A stretch of 20,000 bases of DNA from an uncultured virus (IMG/VR IMGVR_UViG_3300005669_000002) (IMGVR_UViG_3300005669_000002:61888-81887), one strand, 5' to 3'. Counted from the stretch's first letter, positions 1-8,282 are shown. Numbers and translations: made by a program. Notes: generated by a model from the sequence alone, not told the origin.

Positions 1-82
1 AGAACTGGGCATTAGCGGGTTAAGGGCAGGGGGAGAGGGACAAAAACAACGCTGCGACTACTGAAAAGATTTGAAACTTCAT
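1..82 (-). pseudogene. N-terminus of a secreted protein (signal peptide) interrupted by an in-frame TAA; runs off the window edge
   Basis: GGAG RBS then ATG at 82 gives MKFQIFSVVAALFLSLSPCP*PANAQF; basic N-region, hydrophobic core, A-N-A cleavage site after the TAA at 20-22. Confidence 0.45.
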
Positions 83-145
83 GGCATCACTCCAAAGGAT
101 TTACAATGCCGAGGCATCAACAACGGAACACACAACGGAGGGAAT

Positions 146-319
146 TTAGCTGTCAGAGCTATCAGGCGATTCGTCTAGAGCCTTTATCTTTCTGGCTAAT
201 TCAAAGAGTTGCTGGTGGGTTTCGCTTGTTCTAAGAACGTAGTCAACGCTTACCTCAGGATTGCGAAGTACAGACTCGTAAAGGCGTAATGCAATTTCGG
301 TCAATGATGGTGTTGTCAT
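146..319 (-). CDS. 57-aa hypothetical protein (below ORF-track cutoff)
   Basis: AGGAGCAAAGCAATG start cassette; MTTPSLTEIALRLYESVLRNPEVSVDYVLRTSETHQQLFELARKIKALDESPDSSDS*. Confidence 0.75.
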   Translation of the reverse strand: MTTPSLTEIALRLYESVLRNPEVSVDYVLRTSETHQQLFELARKIKALDESPDSSDS

Positions 320-337
320 TGCTTTGCTCCTAATCGA

Positions 338-664
338 CTAAAACTGATACACCCAGTCCGACGACCAACGTTTGCGAACACCCCAGCCTTTGGCAGGAAC
401 CAGCTTGTTTTCTTTCATGGTTCCGTGAAGAAACACAAACCGAGGGATTACCCGTGGTGAGTACATTCCATCTACAGCCAGATAGTAGTCTGTGCCGTAG
501 GAGCCATCTGGTAGCTTGACTAACGACTCGTTAAAGCGGAAGCCAAAAGCACGGGCTGAGGTGGCCAATAAGCGCTGGCGATCCAGGTATTCCTGGAATT
601 CAAAGAATGGAGAGTAGCTTTCTAAAACCTCGCAACCTTTGATAGTGGAAAAGAGTGGTGACAT
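338..664 (-). CDS. hypothetical phage protein, 108 aa
   Basis: ORF starts 3 nt after the upstream stop; GGAG upstream of ATG. Confidence 0.75.
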   Translation of the reverse strand: MSPLFSTIKGCEVLESYSPFFEFQEYLDRQRLLATSARAFGFRFNESLVKLPDGSYGTDYYLAVDGMYSPRVIPRFVFLHGTMKENKLVPAKGWGVRKRWSSDWVYQF

Positions 665-667
665 TGT

Positions 668-865
668 TTATTGCTCCAAGTATTTTGAAGCGGCTTTAAA
701 AAATGACTCTGCGGCGACATGAGCTTCTAGTGCTAGCCGCTCATAGTAAGGAGATGAAGGCTTGACAAGAGAAGGCCGAGTCTCTTTACCGATCATAATT
801 TTGTAAACCTCAGCAGCCATTTGGACTTGCAGGGTCAACTCATTTTTACTTTTGCTTTCGCTCAT
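668..865 (-). CDS. hypothetical protein, 65 aa
   Basis: GGAGTAATGCAATG start; first gene after the promoter at 981-1009. Confidence 0.75.
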   Translation of the reverse strand: MSESKSKNELTLQVQMAAEVYKIMIGKETRPSLVKPSSPYYERLALEAHVAAESFFKAASKYLEQ

Positions 866-980
866 TGCATTACTCCAAAATTACTAGCTAACAATCTTCT
901 GAAAGAACTCTCTCTGCCACACCCCGCAAGGCTTTTAGCCATTCTGGGTGCTTCGCAACTACGACTTACCTGTATAAGCT

Positions 981-1009
981 ATCTTATAGTTTGACGAGAC
1001 GTTAGTCAA
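981..1009 (-). promoter_or_regulatory. sigma70-like promoter
   Basis: TTGACT-17 nt-TAAGAT on the minus strand; overlaps a TTGAC-N9-GTCAA inverted repeat (991-1009). Confidence 0.55.
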
Positions 1010-1240
1010 GTAGAGCGCGGGTACCAGAGGGCTACTCGTCTAGTCTTTCAGAGATAGTTTGCTTGTTCGGACTTCTCCTGATGGATGCAGCGATCGTCGG
1101 GGAAGTAGTGGTCGTATCGCACATCCACAGGAGAAGCACTCACTCGCGATTGGTGACCTCGCCCTAGCTGGCAACCTCGGTCTGTGCGCTAGGAAACAGC
1201 CGGAAAGGTTGTGGAGGAGGGGACAGGGAAAAGTGGTTTG

Positions 1241-1561
1241 CTAGAAAGGCAGGTAGTAACCCATCGCTTTTCCCAGCACTACTTGATACTCAGGGTCGGC
1301 GTCCGGCATTACTTCATCTAAAGAAGTCTTGCCAATCAGAATATCGTCCGCCAAGGCATAAAACTCTTTCAAAAACTCGCTTAGGTTTGGGCGTGGCCAG
1401 CGCAGATTTCGGGTCAGCCCAAGCTCTTGAGCAACTTTACGTGCTGCTACCACGGGTTCTACGTTGTGCTCCAGGATAAGCCAAAAGTAGCGCCTAAAGG
1501 CTTCCTTGCTTCCCATCGCAAATGGGTTACTGATTGCGGAAAAGTTAAGTGTGGTTGTCAT
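1241..1561 (-). CDS. hypothetical helical protein, about 106 aa
   Basis: ORF track 1241..1579; ATG at 1561 preferred because GAAGG lies upstream. Confidence 0.7.
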   Translation of the reverse strand: MTTTLNFSAISNPFAMGSKEAFRRYFWLILEHNVEPVVAARKVAQELGLTRNLRWPRPNLSEFLKEFYALADDILIGKTSLDEVMPDADPEYQVVLGKAMGYYLPF

Positions 1562-1622
1562 GGCTTTGGTTACCTTCAAATTAAACGACAGGGGGAGAAA
1601 GTATAAGCCACTTCCCTCCCTG

Positions 1623-1853
1623 TCATTCGGGCTGTTTATTTAATCGTGAAACCTGGATCGTAACTTTGTAACCCAAGCAGCTCAGGTCTCTCTCAGCGAT
1701 CGCCCACCTAGGGGGCTTCCCTGCCAGCCATCGGGTAAGACGGTGATGAATTGCTTTGAGAGCTTCATCAGTCTCAGCCCCAATAATTTGACTAGCGCCG
1801 TAGAGGGTAAGCCCTTGTTCGTCAAGAGCTTGTTTTAGAAGGGCTTCCATCAT
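1623..1853 (-). CDS. small XRE/Cro-like HTH regulator (Aca-like position)
   Basis: LKQALDEQGLTLYGASQIIG...LTRWLAG-KPP...LGYKVTI pattern resembles XRE HTH; ATGA overlap with upstream gene. Confidence 0.6.
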   Translation of the reverse strand: MMEALLKQALDEQGLTLYGASQIIGAETDEALKAIHHRLTRWLAGKPPRWAIAERDLSCLGYKVTIQVSRLNKQPE

Positions 1854-2197
1854 TTAGCCCAAAGCTCCCGGTGCTTAGCTGGGACTGAATCGATACCCCA
1901 CAATTTGATAGCTTCTTGAATTGAAGCAAGCAATTCTTTTGCGGTCATTTCACAAATCCTGCCAGTGTCGATGACAGACTTGACGCCTACATTCTCAATC
2001 GTCATTCCAGGGGGTGTGCAGCCATATGGCTCAATTTCGCGTCGACTTGGGAAATACCAGTCTCCTGGGCTATCGCTGTCGGCTGCAATTAACCCGTTTT
2101 CAAACTCTAGAACGGTGTAGGAGTGGTAAACACCGTATTCCTTGTCCTCGGCTGTCACTTCCAAAACCTTAGCTATGAGAACTTTGCTGGCCACCAT
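1850..2197 (-). CDS. small acidic hypothetical protein, 115 aa
   Basis: AAGGAG 8 nt before ATG; first gene after a strong promoter. Confidence 0.8.
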   Translation of the reverse strand: MVASKVLIAKVLEVTAEDKEYGVYHSYTVLEFENGLIAADSDSPGDWYFPSRREIEPYGCTPPGMTIENVGVKSVIDTGRICEMTAKELLASIQEAIKLWGIDSVPAKHRELWAK

Positions 2198-2232
2198 TCA
2201 CATTGCTCCTTGTTACTTGCTCGACTAAATCA

Positions 2233-2261
2233 AGTATCGCCAATTCTGGAGATAGTGTCAA
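2233..2261 (-). promoter_or_regulatory. sigma70-like promoter with overlapping operator palindrome
   Basis: TTGACA-17 nt-GATACT; TATCGCCA-N4-TGGAGATA (2235-2254, 7/8 symmetric) covers the spacer and part of the -10. Confidence 0.65.
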
Positions 2262-2350
2262 CCCTTTCATCGCAGATATTCTCTCTCCCAACCCAGAAGG
2301 ACAGGGAGAAAATTGGGCCTTATCTAGCGTCACCCAAAGTTACAAATTAG

Positions 2351-2552
2351 GGCAATGACGATGGATGACGGATGGACGGGTAAAACCCTCGACCAAATAA
2401 CTAGAGGGAAACGTTCTCTAGGCACGTTCAAAAAGAACGTTTAGATCTTATTTCCTTTCTAAACTGGGAAAGAGTGTAATAACTGTCTAATCCGTCATTG
2501 CCAGGGGTTTCGAGGTTTTACAAACGTCATCACTACCGTCACAACCATCATT
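2351..2552. other. long imperfect inverted repeat enclosing two small hairpins (structured non-coding element)
   Basis: TGACGG/GACG/GTAAAAC/CTCGA blocks at 2355-2392 mirrored at 2510-2552; internal CTAGAG..CTCTAG and ACGTTC-AAAAA-GAACGT; GGCAATGACG (2351) complementary to CGTCATTGCC (2493). Confidence 0.45.
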
Positions 2553-2574
2553 CTCTCCCCTGCCTAGAGAAGAA

Positions 2575-2663
2575 AAGTTAGATAAAGTGACAGGGGGAAG
2601 TTAGATAAAGTGACATTGCCGTGTCATCTTCGATGACGTGTGGATGTCTTATTGGATGACGTG
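2575..2663. repeat. 23-bp-period direct repeat array (iteron-like)
   Basis: AAGTTAGATAAAGTGACA at 2575 and 2598; GATGACGTG at 2632 and 2655; TGAC core at 2588, 2611, 2634, 2657. Confidence 0.7.
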
Positions 2664-2745
2664 CCATGAGCCATCCCCTCCCCCTGTCTTCTAGTGAGAC
2701 GTGACAGAAGTGGCTCAATTTAGTTGATGAGTTGTCAGATTGGTT

Positions 2746-2820
2746 AAAATAAAAATGCGGCCCAGGCTTTAGGGAACCCAGACCGCCAGCTAAATGCTTG
2801 AGGATGCAAGCCTAGCCATT
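2746..2820 (-). ncRNA. putative antisense RNA of about 75 nt against the leader of the antirepressor-like gene
   Basis: Minus-strand TTGATG-18 nt-TACAAT promoter (2856-2827); minus-strand 10-bp GC/GU hairpin (2757-2786) followed by AUUUUUAUUUU. Confidence 0.45.
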
Positions 2821-2887
2821 GCATAAATTGTAACCTTGCTGGCTTTGTGGCATCAAGCATCTTGAACCCACTACAAAGGATACAACC

Positions 2888-3694
2888 ATGTCCAGCTTAC
2901 AGACGACTGAAACCAATGTTCCTGGCGTTGAACTTATTTACTTGGAAGACCAGGATGTCGCCGGAATTCATATTCGAGGACTGGCTAGGCTACTGGGCTG
3001 CGATCAGAAAACCGTCCAGAGATTAACCGAGGGTGTGACGCCACAGCGTTTGTTGAACGTTGAAATCCAGACTGGGGGCGGCTTTCAAGGTGTGACATTC
3101 GTTTTGGAGGACGGAGTTGTTGAAATCCTGGAAAAACTGATTGATGGAAAACACAAAAAAGAGACTAAAGACTCTGCTCGTGCTTTATACCGTCAGTTTG
3201 CTAGGGCAGGCTTCAAGCTGTACACAATGCTTAAAGTAGCCCCCGACAGACTAAAAGTTAAGATTGACAGCTATGTCGAAGAAGTAGAGGCGTTGAAACT
3301 TAAGCGAGACATCTTAAAACTGGAAAATGATTTGTTTGACAAGCGCCATTATGTAGTCACGGCATTGCCTGAGGCATTACAACAAAAGGTTCTTGGTTAC
3401 ACAGAAGTCAAGGTGGTTGAGTATCGCGATCGGATCCTTAAGGATGACGAGGTACTTCGGGATGGCTCCACCATTCAAAAGACCGAGATGTGCCAACGGC
3501 TGGGGCTAATGACCAAGACAGGTAAGCCAGACTTTAAGGCGTTAAACCACTTCTTGGAAAATGTCGCCTTACCCAGCGAAGCGTTTGAACTAAAAGCCAG
3601 TATTCGCGAAAATCTGGAATTGAAGCGCGAGTATTGGCCGCAAGTGCAAGAATACTGGACAATAGCTGAACGCCAGCGATGGCTGGGGGAGTAA
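2888..3694 (+). CDS. putative phage antirepressor-like DNA-binding protein, 268 aa
   Basis: AAGGA RBS; N-terminal GIHIRGLARLLGCDQKTVQRL HTH-like segment, IQTGGGFQGVTFV wing typical of phage antirepressor N-domains, central coiled coil. Confidence 0.6.
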   Translation: MSSLQTTETNVPGVELIYLEDQDVAGIHIRGLARLLGCDQKTVQRLTEGVTPQRLLNVEIQTGGGFQGVTFVLEDGVVEILEKLIDGKHKKETKDSARALYRQFARAGFKLYTMLKVAPDRLKVKIDSYVEEVEALKLKRDILKLENDLFDKRHYVVTALPEALQQKVLGYTEVKVVEYRDRILKDDEVLRDGSTIQKTEMCQRLGLMTKTGKPDFKALNHFLENVALPSEAFELKASIRENLELKREYWPQVQEYWTIAERQRWLGE

Positions 3695-3837
3695 ACCTTG
3701 AAGCACTGGTGCATTGTCGATCTGAACAATCCTAAGGCTGATAGGTTGATGGAGGTTGGGTATGTCGCCAACAACAAAGTTTGTTGTTGAACAGCGCAGC
3801 CTCCCTAGTGAGTTTGGCGGGAAGGTGTATTAAGGTC

Positions 3838-4002
3838 ATGGCAGAAAAAACGTTTGACGAGTTGGCCGATCAAGTTGTTCAAGCAATTGCAGGCATTAAA
3901 CGGCAAATGGAAGGGCTGGGCTGTAGCGAAGAAACTCGGCTAAGCGTTTTAAGAGGAATGTTGCTGTCGTTTGGCGGATACAAAGCAGACGACAATAGCT
4001 AA
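3838..4002 (+). CDS. hypothetical protein, 54 aa
   Basis: ORF track 3781..4002; ATG at 3838 (MAEKTFDELAD...) preferred. Confidence 0.55.
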   Translation: MAEKTFDELADQVVQAIAGIKRQMEGLGCSEETRLSVLRGMLLSFGGYKADDNS

Positions 4003-4024
4003 TCCCCTCTTCCCCTGTCCCTCT

Positions 4025-4062
4025 CAAAACGAAAGGTCTATGGGAAACCCCATAGACCTTTC
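4025..4062. terminator. intrinsic terminator downstream of the tRNA, between convergent units
   Basis: Perfect 14-bp stem GAAAGGTCTATGGG/CCCATAGACCTTTC with 4-nt loop; GUUUUG follows on the minus strand. Confidence 0.75.
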
Positions 4063-4065
4063 ACT

Positions 4066-4142
4066 TGGTTGCGGACACAGGGAGTTGAACCCTGCCGTCT
4101 AGAGCTTATGAGATTCTCATGAAACCGCGCCACTCGTCCGCT
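4066..4142 (-). tRNA. tRNA(CAT), Met/fMet-like, non-canonical, CCA encoded
   Basis: AGCGGAC-GA-GTGG CGCGGTT TCAT-G-AGAAT CTCATAA GCTCT-AGACG-GCAGGG TTCAACT CCCTGT-GTCCGCA-A-CCA folds as a 77-nt cloverleaf. Confidence 0.8.
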
Positions 4143-4153
4143 GTGTGCTGCAA

Positions 4154-6775
4154 TTATAGTACTCGTCCTTTCCCTCTGGCGGCAACTAGAGCAGCGGCTC
4201 GTTCTTTGAGCGATGGAATTGCGCCTCTGGCTTGGCCTACTGCTCGTTGAGCAGTAGCGTCAAACATAGCAGCATTGTTTCGAGCTTGAGCAGCAGCTTC
4301 TAGTGCTTGCTCATGGGCTTCCCCAATAGCCGACATTTTCTCTGCTGCTCTGAAGTCTCGTTGGTCAAGGTCACGGGCTTGGATAGCATCAACCATCCCT
4401 TGAGCAGCGATCGCTTTTTCTCGCAATGCCGCTACCCGTGGGTCTGTTTTAAGGGTTTCGGTCGGTGTAAAACTCCCTCCCAACCGAGCGGCTTGTTGCT
4501 CTAGGTTCTGACGAGCAACCTGATCGGATAGTCGCTCCTCTGTCGGATCGCCCCACACTCTACCCGCAGGTTCTAATGCGTGGTAGTCTCGTTGGTCGGG
4601 AGATATAGAGGTATAGCCTAACTTCTTGCCAGAATCCATGTCCATCAAAACTGTGGCAGCAGTAGGGTCAATCTCTCCCCTGTGCAATCGGTCAGTTGTA
4701 ACAAGAGTGTCCAGGGCATCTGACATATTGCCATAGCCAACAGGGTTCTCATCACCAATTTGGCCCAAGGCAATGTTGTATTTGTTCTGCCCTACCTGAT
4801 TAATTTTCCCGACCTGAGTAAGAGATGGTTGCCCATAGTCAGGCTCCCAAGACTTTTCCTGAGTAATTGAGAATGGTTTTTGTTCTACCACCTCAGGAGC
4901 AGCCGCATTAAATGAACGAGTGGAATCAGTTGAGTAATCCTCCGCAGGCAACGCCACCATTTCCACTTTCCCCGTCTGGGGGTTGGCTCCCACCACTCGC
5001 TTAGTTGTGCTGAGGATGGACAGGGGAGAAGTGGCTAGTTGTTGTTCAACCGTCTTAGCCGCTTGCATCCCCGGAGAGTAATCTCCTCCCGGCATAAGAG
5101 TTACCTTTCCAGCGACATCAGGCAACTGGGCATTCCTCATGCCTCCCCGCCCCACCAACTCATCTAAGGTATAGCGATCACGAGCAATAGGGGCGTAAGG
5201 AGTTCTAATTGGGCCAAGAGATGAAGGATTATCGTAAGTGGTTCCTTCAACAGTTTTCATCTGGAGTTCTGGCCGATTAGTATCAAAATCCCCATAGCGT
5301 TCTTGTTGGCCTTGGATGTGATTGTCATTTCCCCAGCCTTGAGCAGCAATGCCTGAACTTGGTCGGAACGTAGCGATGTCTGCTCCGCTCATACCTTGGC
5401 CAACCCGCGACACATTCTTGCGATCTAGTGGCAGATCCACTACGCCACTGTCAGGGCCAATCGCAGAATTGTAGACATCACTCAGCACATCCATTACAGA
5501 CTCTCGTCCAGGAATGACACGATCTCCAACCTTCACGCCAGGACTGTAGTTGGTCAGTCCTTCTGACTTAGGACGATAAAAATCGTCAACACTAATGTAG
5601 TTGGTGGTTCGGTTGTTGGGTTGTAGCGCCAATTCCGCAATCATTTTGCGGTTGTCTGTAATTGCGTTTTGAATGTGGGCGGGCTGGGCAGCTAATGAAC
5701 CTACGCTCATATTGGTAGCACGACTACGGGTGAGTTCTCCTGAGTCAAGCAAACCTTGAAGAGCAGGGGAAAGAGGCTCACCTACTAGAGTCCTTACTTT
5801 AACCCGTGCATCTGGATCAACTCCCTCCCCTGTCAGTTCTTGGCCAATACCTAATCGTGCCATGTTCTCAGCCAAGAATGCCGCTCGTTCATTCTGTGGA
5901 CGAACCCCCGCAGTGTTTAGCCCCAGCAACTCATAAGGGTCACGGGCCTTCAGGCCAACTAACTCAGTGGATGGCAAGCCCAATAGCTTAGCCATCTCGC
6001 TTCCTTTGAGAGAAGAGTCTTTGACCGTGCGTTGAAATGACTTAGATCCATCCAGTGTGCGGGTACCGTCCGTGCCATACCCACCTCGATAGAGGTTGTT
6101 GAGTCCAGAGTACTTCTGGCTGAGAATATCATTAGCAATGAATTGCTCCCTCAATGCGTTGGCTTTGTCTACTTGGCCTTGCGCTTCAAACTGAGAACCA
6201 ATGTTAGGGTCTGCATATACTCGCTGCCGGACATCTGCTTGGTACGCTGGCGAGTCCCCCAGGTTTTCGTGCAGCAACACCGGAAACGTTTGATTACCAC
6301 CTTGCAGATCAATGTCTCTAGCGCTACGAGGATTGGTTTGGTCGTACCGCCAATTCAGAACATCCCGCAGGTTGGGTGACTGCCCTGCTAGGGCTTCGCG
6401 ACCAACCATTGCTTCCCGATAGTCAGGCCACGCCTCATTACCCAACTGCCGACGATAGGCATCTACTTCTGCCGCTTGCGCTGCTGCTCTTTCCCCTGCC
6501 CTGGCTGCTTGAGCTTCTGGAGAAATAAGGGCAGGGGAAGGAATACCGCCTTGAACTCCAACGGAGCCGATCGAAGGACTTCGCCCCACTGGGGAAGGAA
6601 TGTTTCTAGCAGGGGTTGTTGCTAGGTCAGCCGCAATAGCTTGGTTGACGGTATCTGCGGCTGATTGGATAGTGGGCCTTTGAGACTGGAACCATGCCAT
6701 TGCTTCCTTGGGATTCACCATCCCTTGAGCGCCAGTCGCTTGGCGATAGGCGTCAATCGCTTGAGAGTAAGACAT
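4154..6775 (-). CDS. large Ala/Gly/Gln-rich, Cys-free protein, 873 aa; possible internal virion or ejected protein
   Basis: Long uninterrupted ORF; no recognisable catalytic motif; function inferred from composition only. Confidence 0.85.
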   Translation of the reverse strand: MSYSQAIDAYRQATGAQGMVNPKEAMAWFQSQRPTIQSAADTVNQAIAADLATTPARNIPSPVGRSPSIGSVGVQGGIPSPALISPEAQAARAGERAAAQAAEVDAYRRQLGNEAWPDYREAMVGREALAGQSPNLRDVLNWRYDQTNPRSARDIDLQGGNQTFPVLLHENLGDSPAYQADVRQRVYADPNIGSQFEAQGQVDKANALREQFIANDILSQKYSGLNNLYRGGYGTDGTRTLDGSKSFQRTVKDSSLKGSEMAKLLGLPSTELVGLKARDPYELLGLNTAGVRPQNERAAFLAENMARLGIGQELTGEGVDPDARVKVRTLVGEPLSPALQGLLDSGELTRSRATNMSVGSLAAQPAHIQNAITDNRKMIAELALQPNNRTTNYISVDDFYRPKSEGLTNYSPGVKVGDRVIPGRESVMDVLSDVYNSAIGPDSGVVDLPLDRKNVSRVGQGMSGADIATFRPSSGIAAQGWGNDNHIQGQQERYGDFDTNRPELQMKTVEGTTYDNPSSLGPIRTPYAPIARDRYTLDELVGRGGMRNAQLPDVAGKVTLMPGGDYSPGMQAAKTVEQQLATSPLSILSTTKRVVGANPQTGKVEMVALPAEDYSTDSTRSFNAAAPEVVEQKPFSITQEKSWEPDYGQPSLTQVGKINQVGQNKYNIALGQIGDENPVGYGNMSDALDTLVTTDRLHRGEIDPTAATVLMDMDSGKKLGYTSISPDQRDYHALEPAGRVWGDPTEERLSDQVARQNLEQQAARLGGSFTPTETLKTDPRVAALREKAIAAQGMVDAIQARDLDQRDFRAAEKMSAIGEAHEQALEAAAQARNNAAMFDATAQRAVGQARGAIPSLKERAAALVAARGKGRVL

Positions 6776-6919
6776 TGATAAACCTGACGGGTGATTCCGC
6801 TGTCTGCCAATAGATTCATGAATGGATCAATAAGCCCACTCAACCCATTAGCCAACCTGCGGAGTGAACTACTAACCCACCACCCATCAGTTCACTTACC
6901 TCATTCTCTCAGCAAGAAC

Positions 6920-7156
6920 CTAAAACGGTGCATCTGTGCTAAGAGCTAACTCTTTACCGTCAAAGCCTTGGTCAATTGCTCCCCACAACTCTTTGTCTTT
7001 TTGAACAACTAGCCTTGCCCTGGTCTCAATTTCCTCTTTTGAGTAAAGCGAAGCGAAGTAATCTTCATCATCCGGCCCATACTCTTCATCAAACAATTCA
7101 TCTCCTTCTTGCCCTAGCGCTCTAATCTCTTGGGCCAACTCATTATTAACAGTCAT
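6920..7156 (-). CDS. very acidic hypothetical protein, 78 aa
   Basis: GGAGCAACGCTATG start at 7156; EGDELFDEEYGPDDEDY tract. Confidence 0.7.
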   Translation of the reverse strand: MTVNNELAQEIRALGQEGDELFDEEYGPDDEDYFASLYSKEEIETRARLVVQKDKELWGAIDQGFDGKELALSTDAPF

Positions 7157-7282
7157 AGCGTTGCTCCAACTCACCATGACTATATTGGCCCAAGCCATGC
7201 CCAAATCACCAGATCTTTATAGAAAAAGGGCAGGGAAAGAGGATGTCATCTTGGCTAACTTCTCTGTGGACTTACTCCTGTC

Positions 7283-7537
7283 TTACTCTTCTTGCGCTGC
7301 CAGCGGTCTAACCACGTATTCAATAACAAACTCAATAAACCGCTTAAGCTCTTGCTCTGTCTTCCCAGTGGTCTGGTCAATCAAATGATTGATTGGTGAT
7401 TGGGCAACGCCAATGCTACAACCTGTTAGCCGATTAAATTGACCAACAAGCTCGTCATTTTCAAGACACGCCTCAATGACTGGGAGCAAGTCTTCTGCGT
7501 ACTTTTTAGCCTTGGCAGATTTTTCAACATCATTCAT
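7283..7537 (-). CDS. hypothetical phage protein, 84 aa
   Basis: AGGAAG RBS; operon context. Confidence 0.75.
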   Translation of the reverse strand: MNDVEKSAKAKKYAEDLLPVIEACLENDELVGQFNRLTGCSIGVAQSPINHLIDQTTGKTEQELKRFIEFVIEYVVRPLAAQEE

Positions 7538-7594
7538 GATTACTTCCTTCCTGTCTTACCTGCTTTAGGTTCTTGCATTTTGCGACAACCTCTA

Positions 7595-8077
7595 TCACCC
7601 AATCACTCTACTAATCACCACCCCCAACACCACTGGAAGAATTGCCCACCAGTAGTAGATGGCCAGAAATTGTAGTCGGTATCGCCAGATAAATAGCGCA
7701 GTGTTGTGGTTCTTAAACTGGGAGTATCGGTCAGTCACCCAGTTGTCCCGGTGGTGGGCAGTTCCTGGTCTGCGCATCCTTGCATCATGATTACGATCGC
7801 TCAGGGGGACAACATCCCATCCAATGATTTCGGTGCCAGCGATGGACTCACCCATCGGCAGACCTCGAAAGAGTTGGTCAAATACTTGACGGGGAAGAGA
7901 GCGTCGATAGTACATATGGTGAATTGCCGCAGTATGCCGGAGTGGGTTCATAGCACAGCAGTGGTACTTCTTGCGCCACTTACTTGAACGATAGGCCCAA
8001 TTACTGTGGTACTCAAATGAGATATAGCCGGGACGAGCTTGGAATCTGTTCCAATGAGCGCTATTCTTCTGGGTCAT
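7595..8077 (-). CDS. HNH-like protein with C-terminal transmembrane helix, 160 aa
   Basis: WxxRS..CC..IHHMYY..E..GWDVVPLSDRNH..H resembles the HNH HHxxY...LCxxCH motif with Cys lost; C-terminal AIYYWWAILPVVLGVVI is hydrophobic; start set at ATG 8077. Confidence 0.55.
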   Translation of the reverse strand: MTQKNSAHWNRFQARPGYISFEYHSNWAYRSSKWRKKYHCCAMNPLRHTAAIHHMYYRRSLPRQVFDQLFRGLPMGESIAGTEIIGWDVVPLSDRNHDARMRRPGTAHHRDNWVTDRYSQFKNHNTALFIWRYRLQFLAIYYWWAILPVVLGVVISRVIG

Positions 8078-8282
8078 CGTCGTAGCTGGGGCTGTCCCCC
8101 ACAAACAATTCGTAAATAGCTTCTGCTGCGGCAAGAACTGCTCTTTCCTGGGGATGCTTGGACTTAAAGAAATAGTCCAAATCACGGGGCGCGGCATACC
8201 CTTGTGACTTATAAATAACGTGGGCAATATCCGTCACGACTTGCCGCTGGGTTGCGTCAGTGCAAAATTCAAATTGCATCAT
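8061..8282 (-). CDS. hypothetical phage protein, 73 aa
   Basis: TAATG coupling to the upstream gene; globular-looking sequence. Confidence 0.75.
   Translation of the reverse strand: MMQFEFCTDATQRQVVTDIAHVIYKSQGYAAPRDLDYFFKSKHPQERAVLAAAEAIYELFVGDSPSYDDDPEE

Noticed and set aside
870..885. Possible target of the TnpB1 guide (TTAC TCCA)
   Set aside because: Only 4 nt match after the TAM, which is expected by chance.
1059..1244. 61-aa plus-strand ORF and alternative minus-strand frames
   Set aside because: No convincing start or RBS; coding status unresolved.
4307..6379. Short opposite-strand ORFs over the 873-aa gene and similar shadow ORFs elsewhere
   Set aside because: They overlap better-supported genes and lack RBS and protein-like motifs.
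6863..6896. AGTGAACT..AGTTCACT inverted repeat upstream of the large gene
   Set aside because: A single 8-bp stem without a U-tract or second copy; too little to assign a function.
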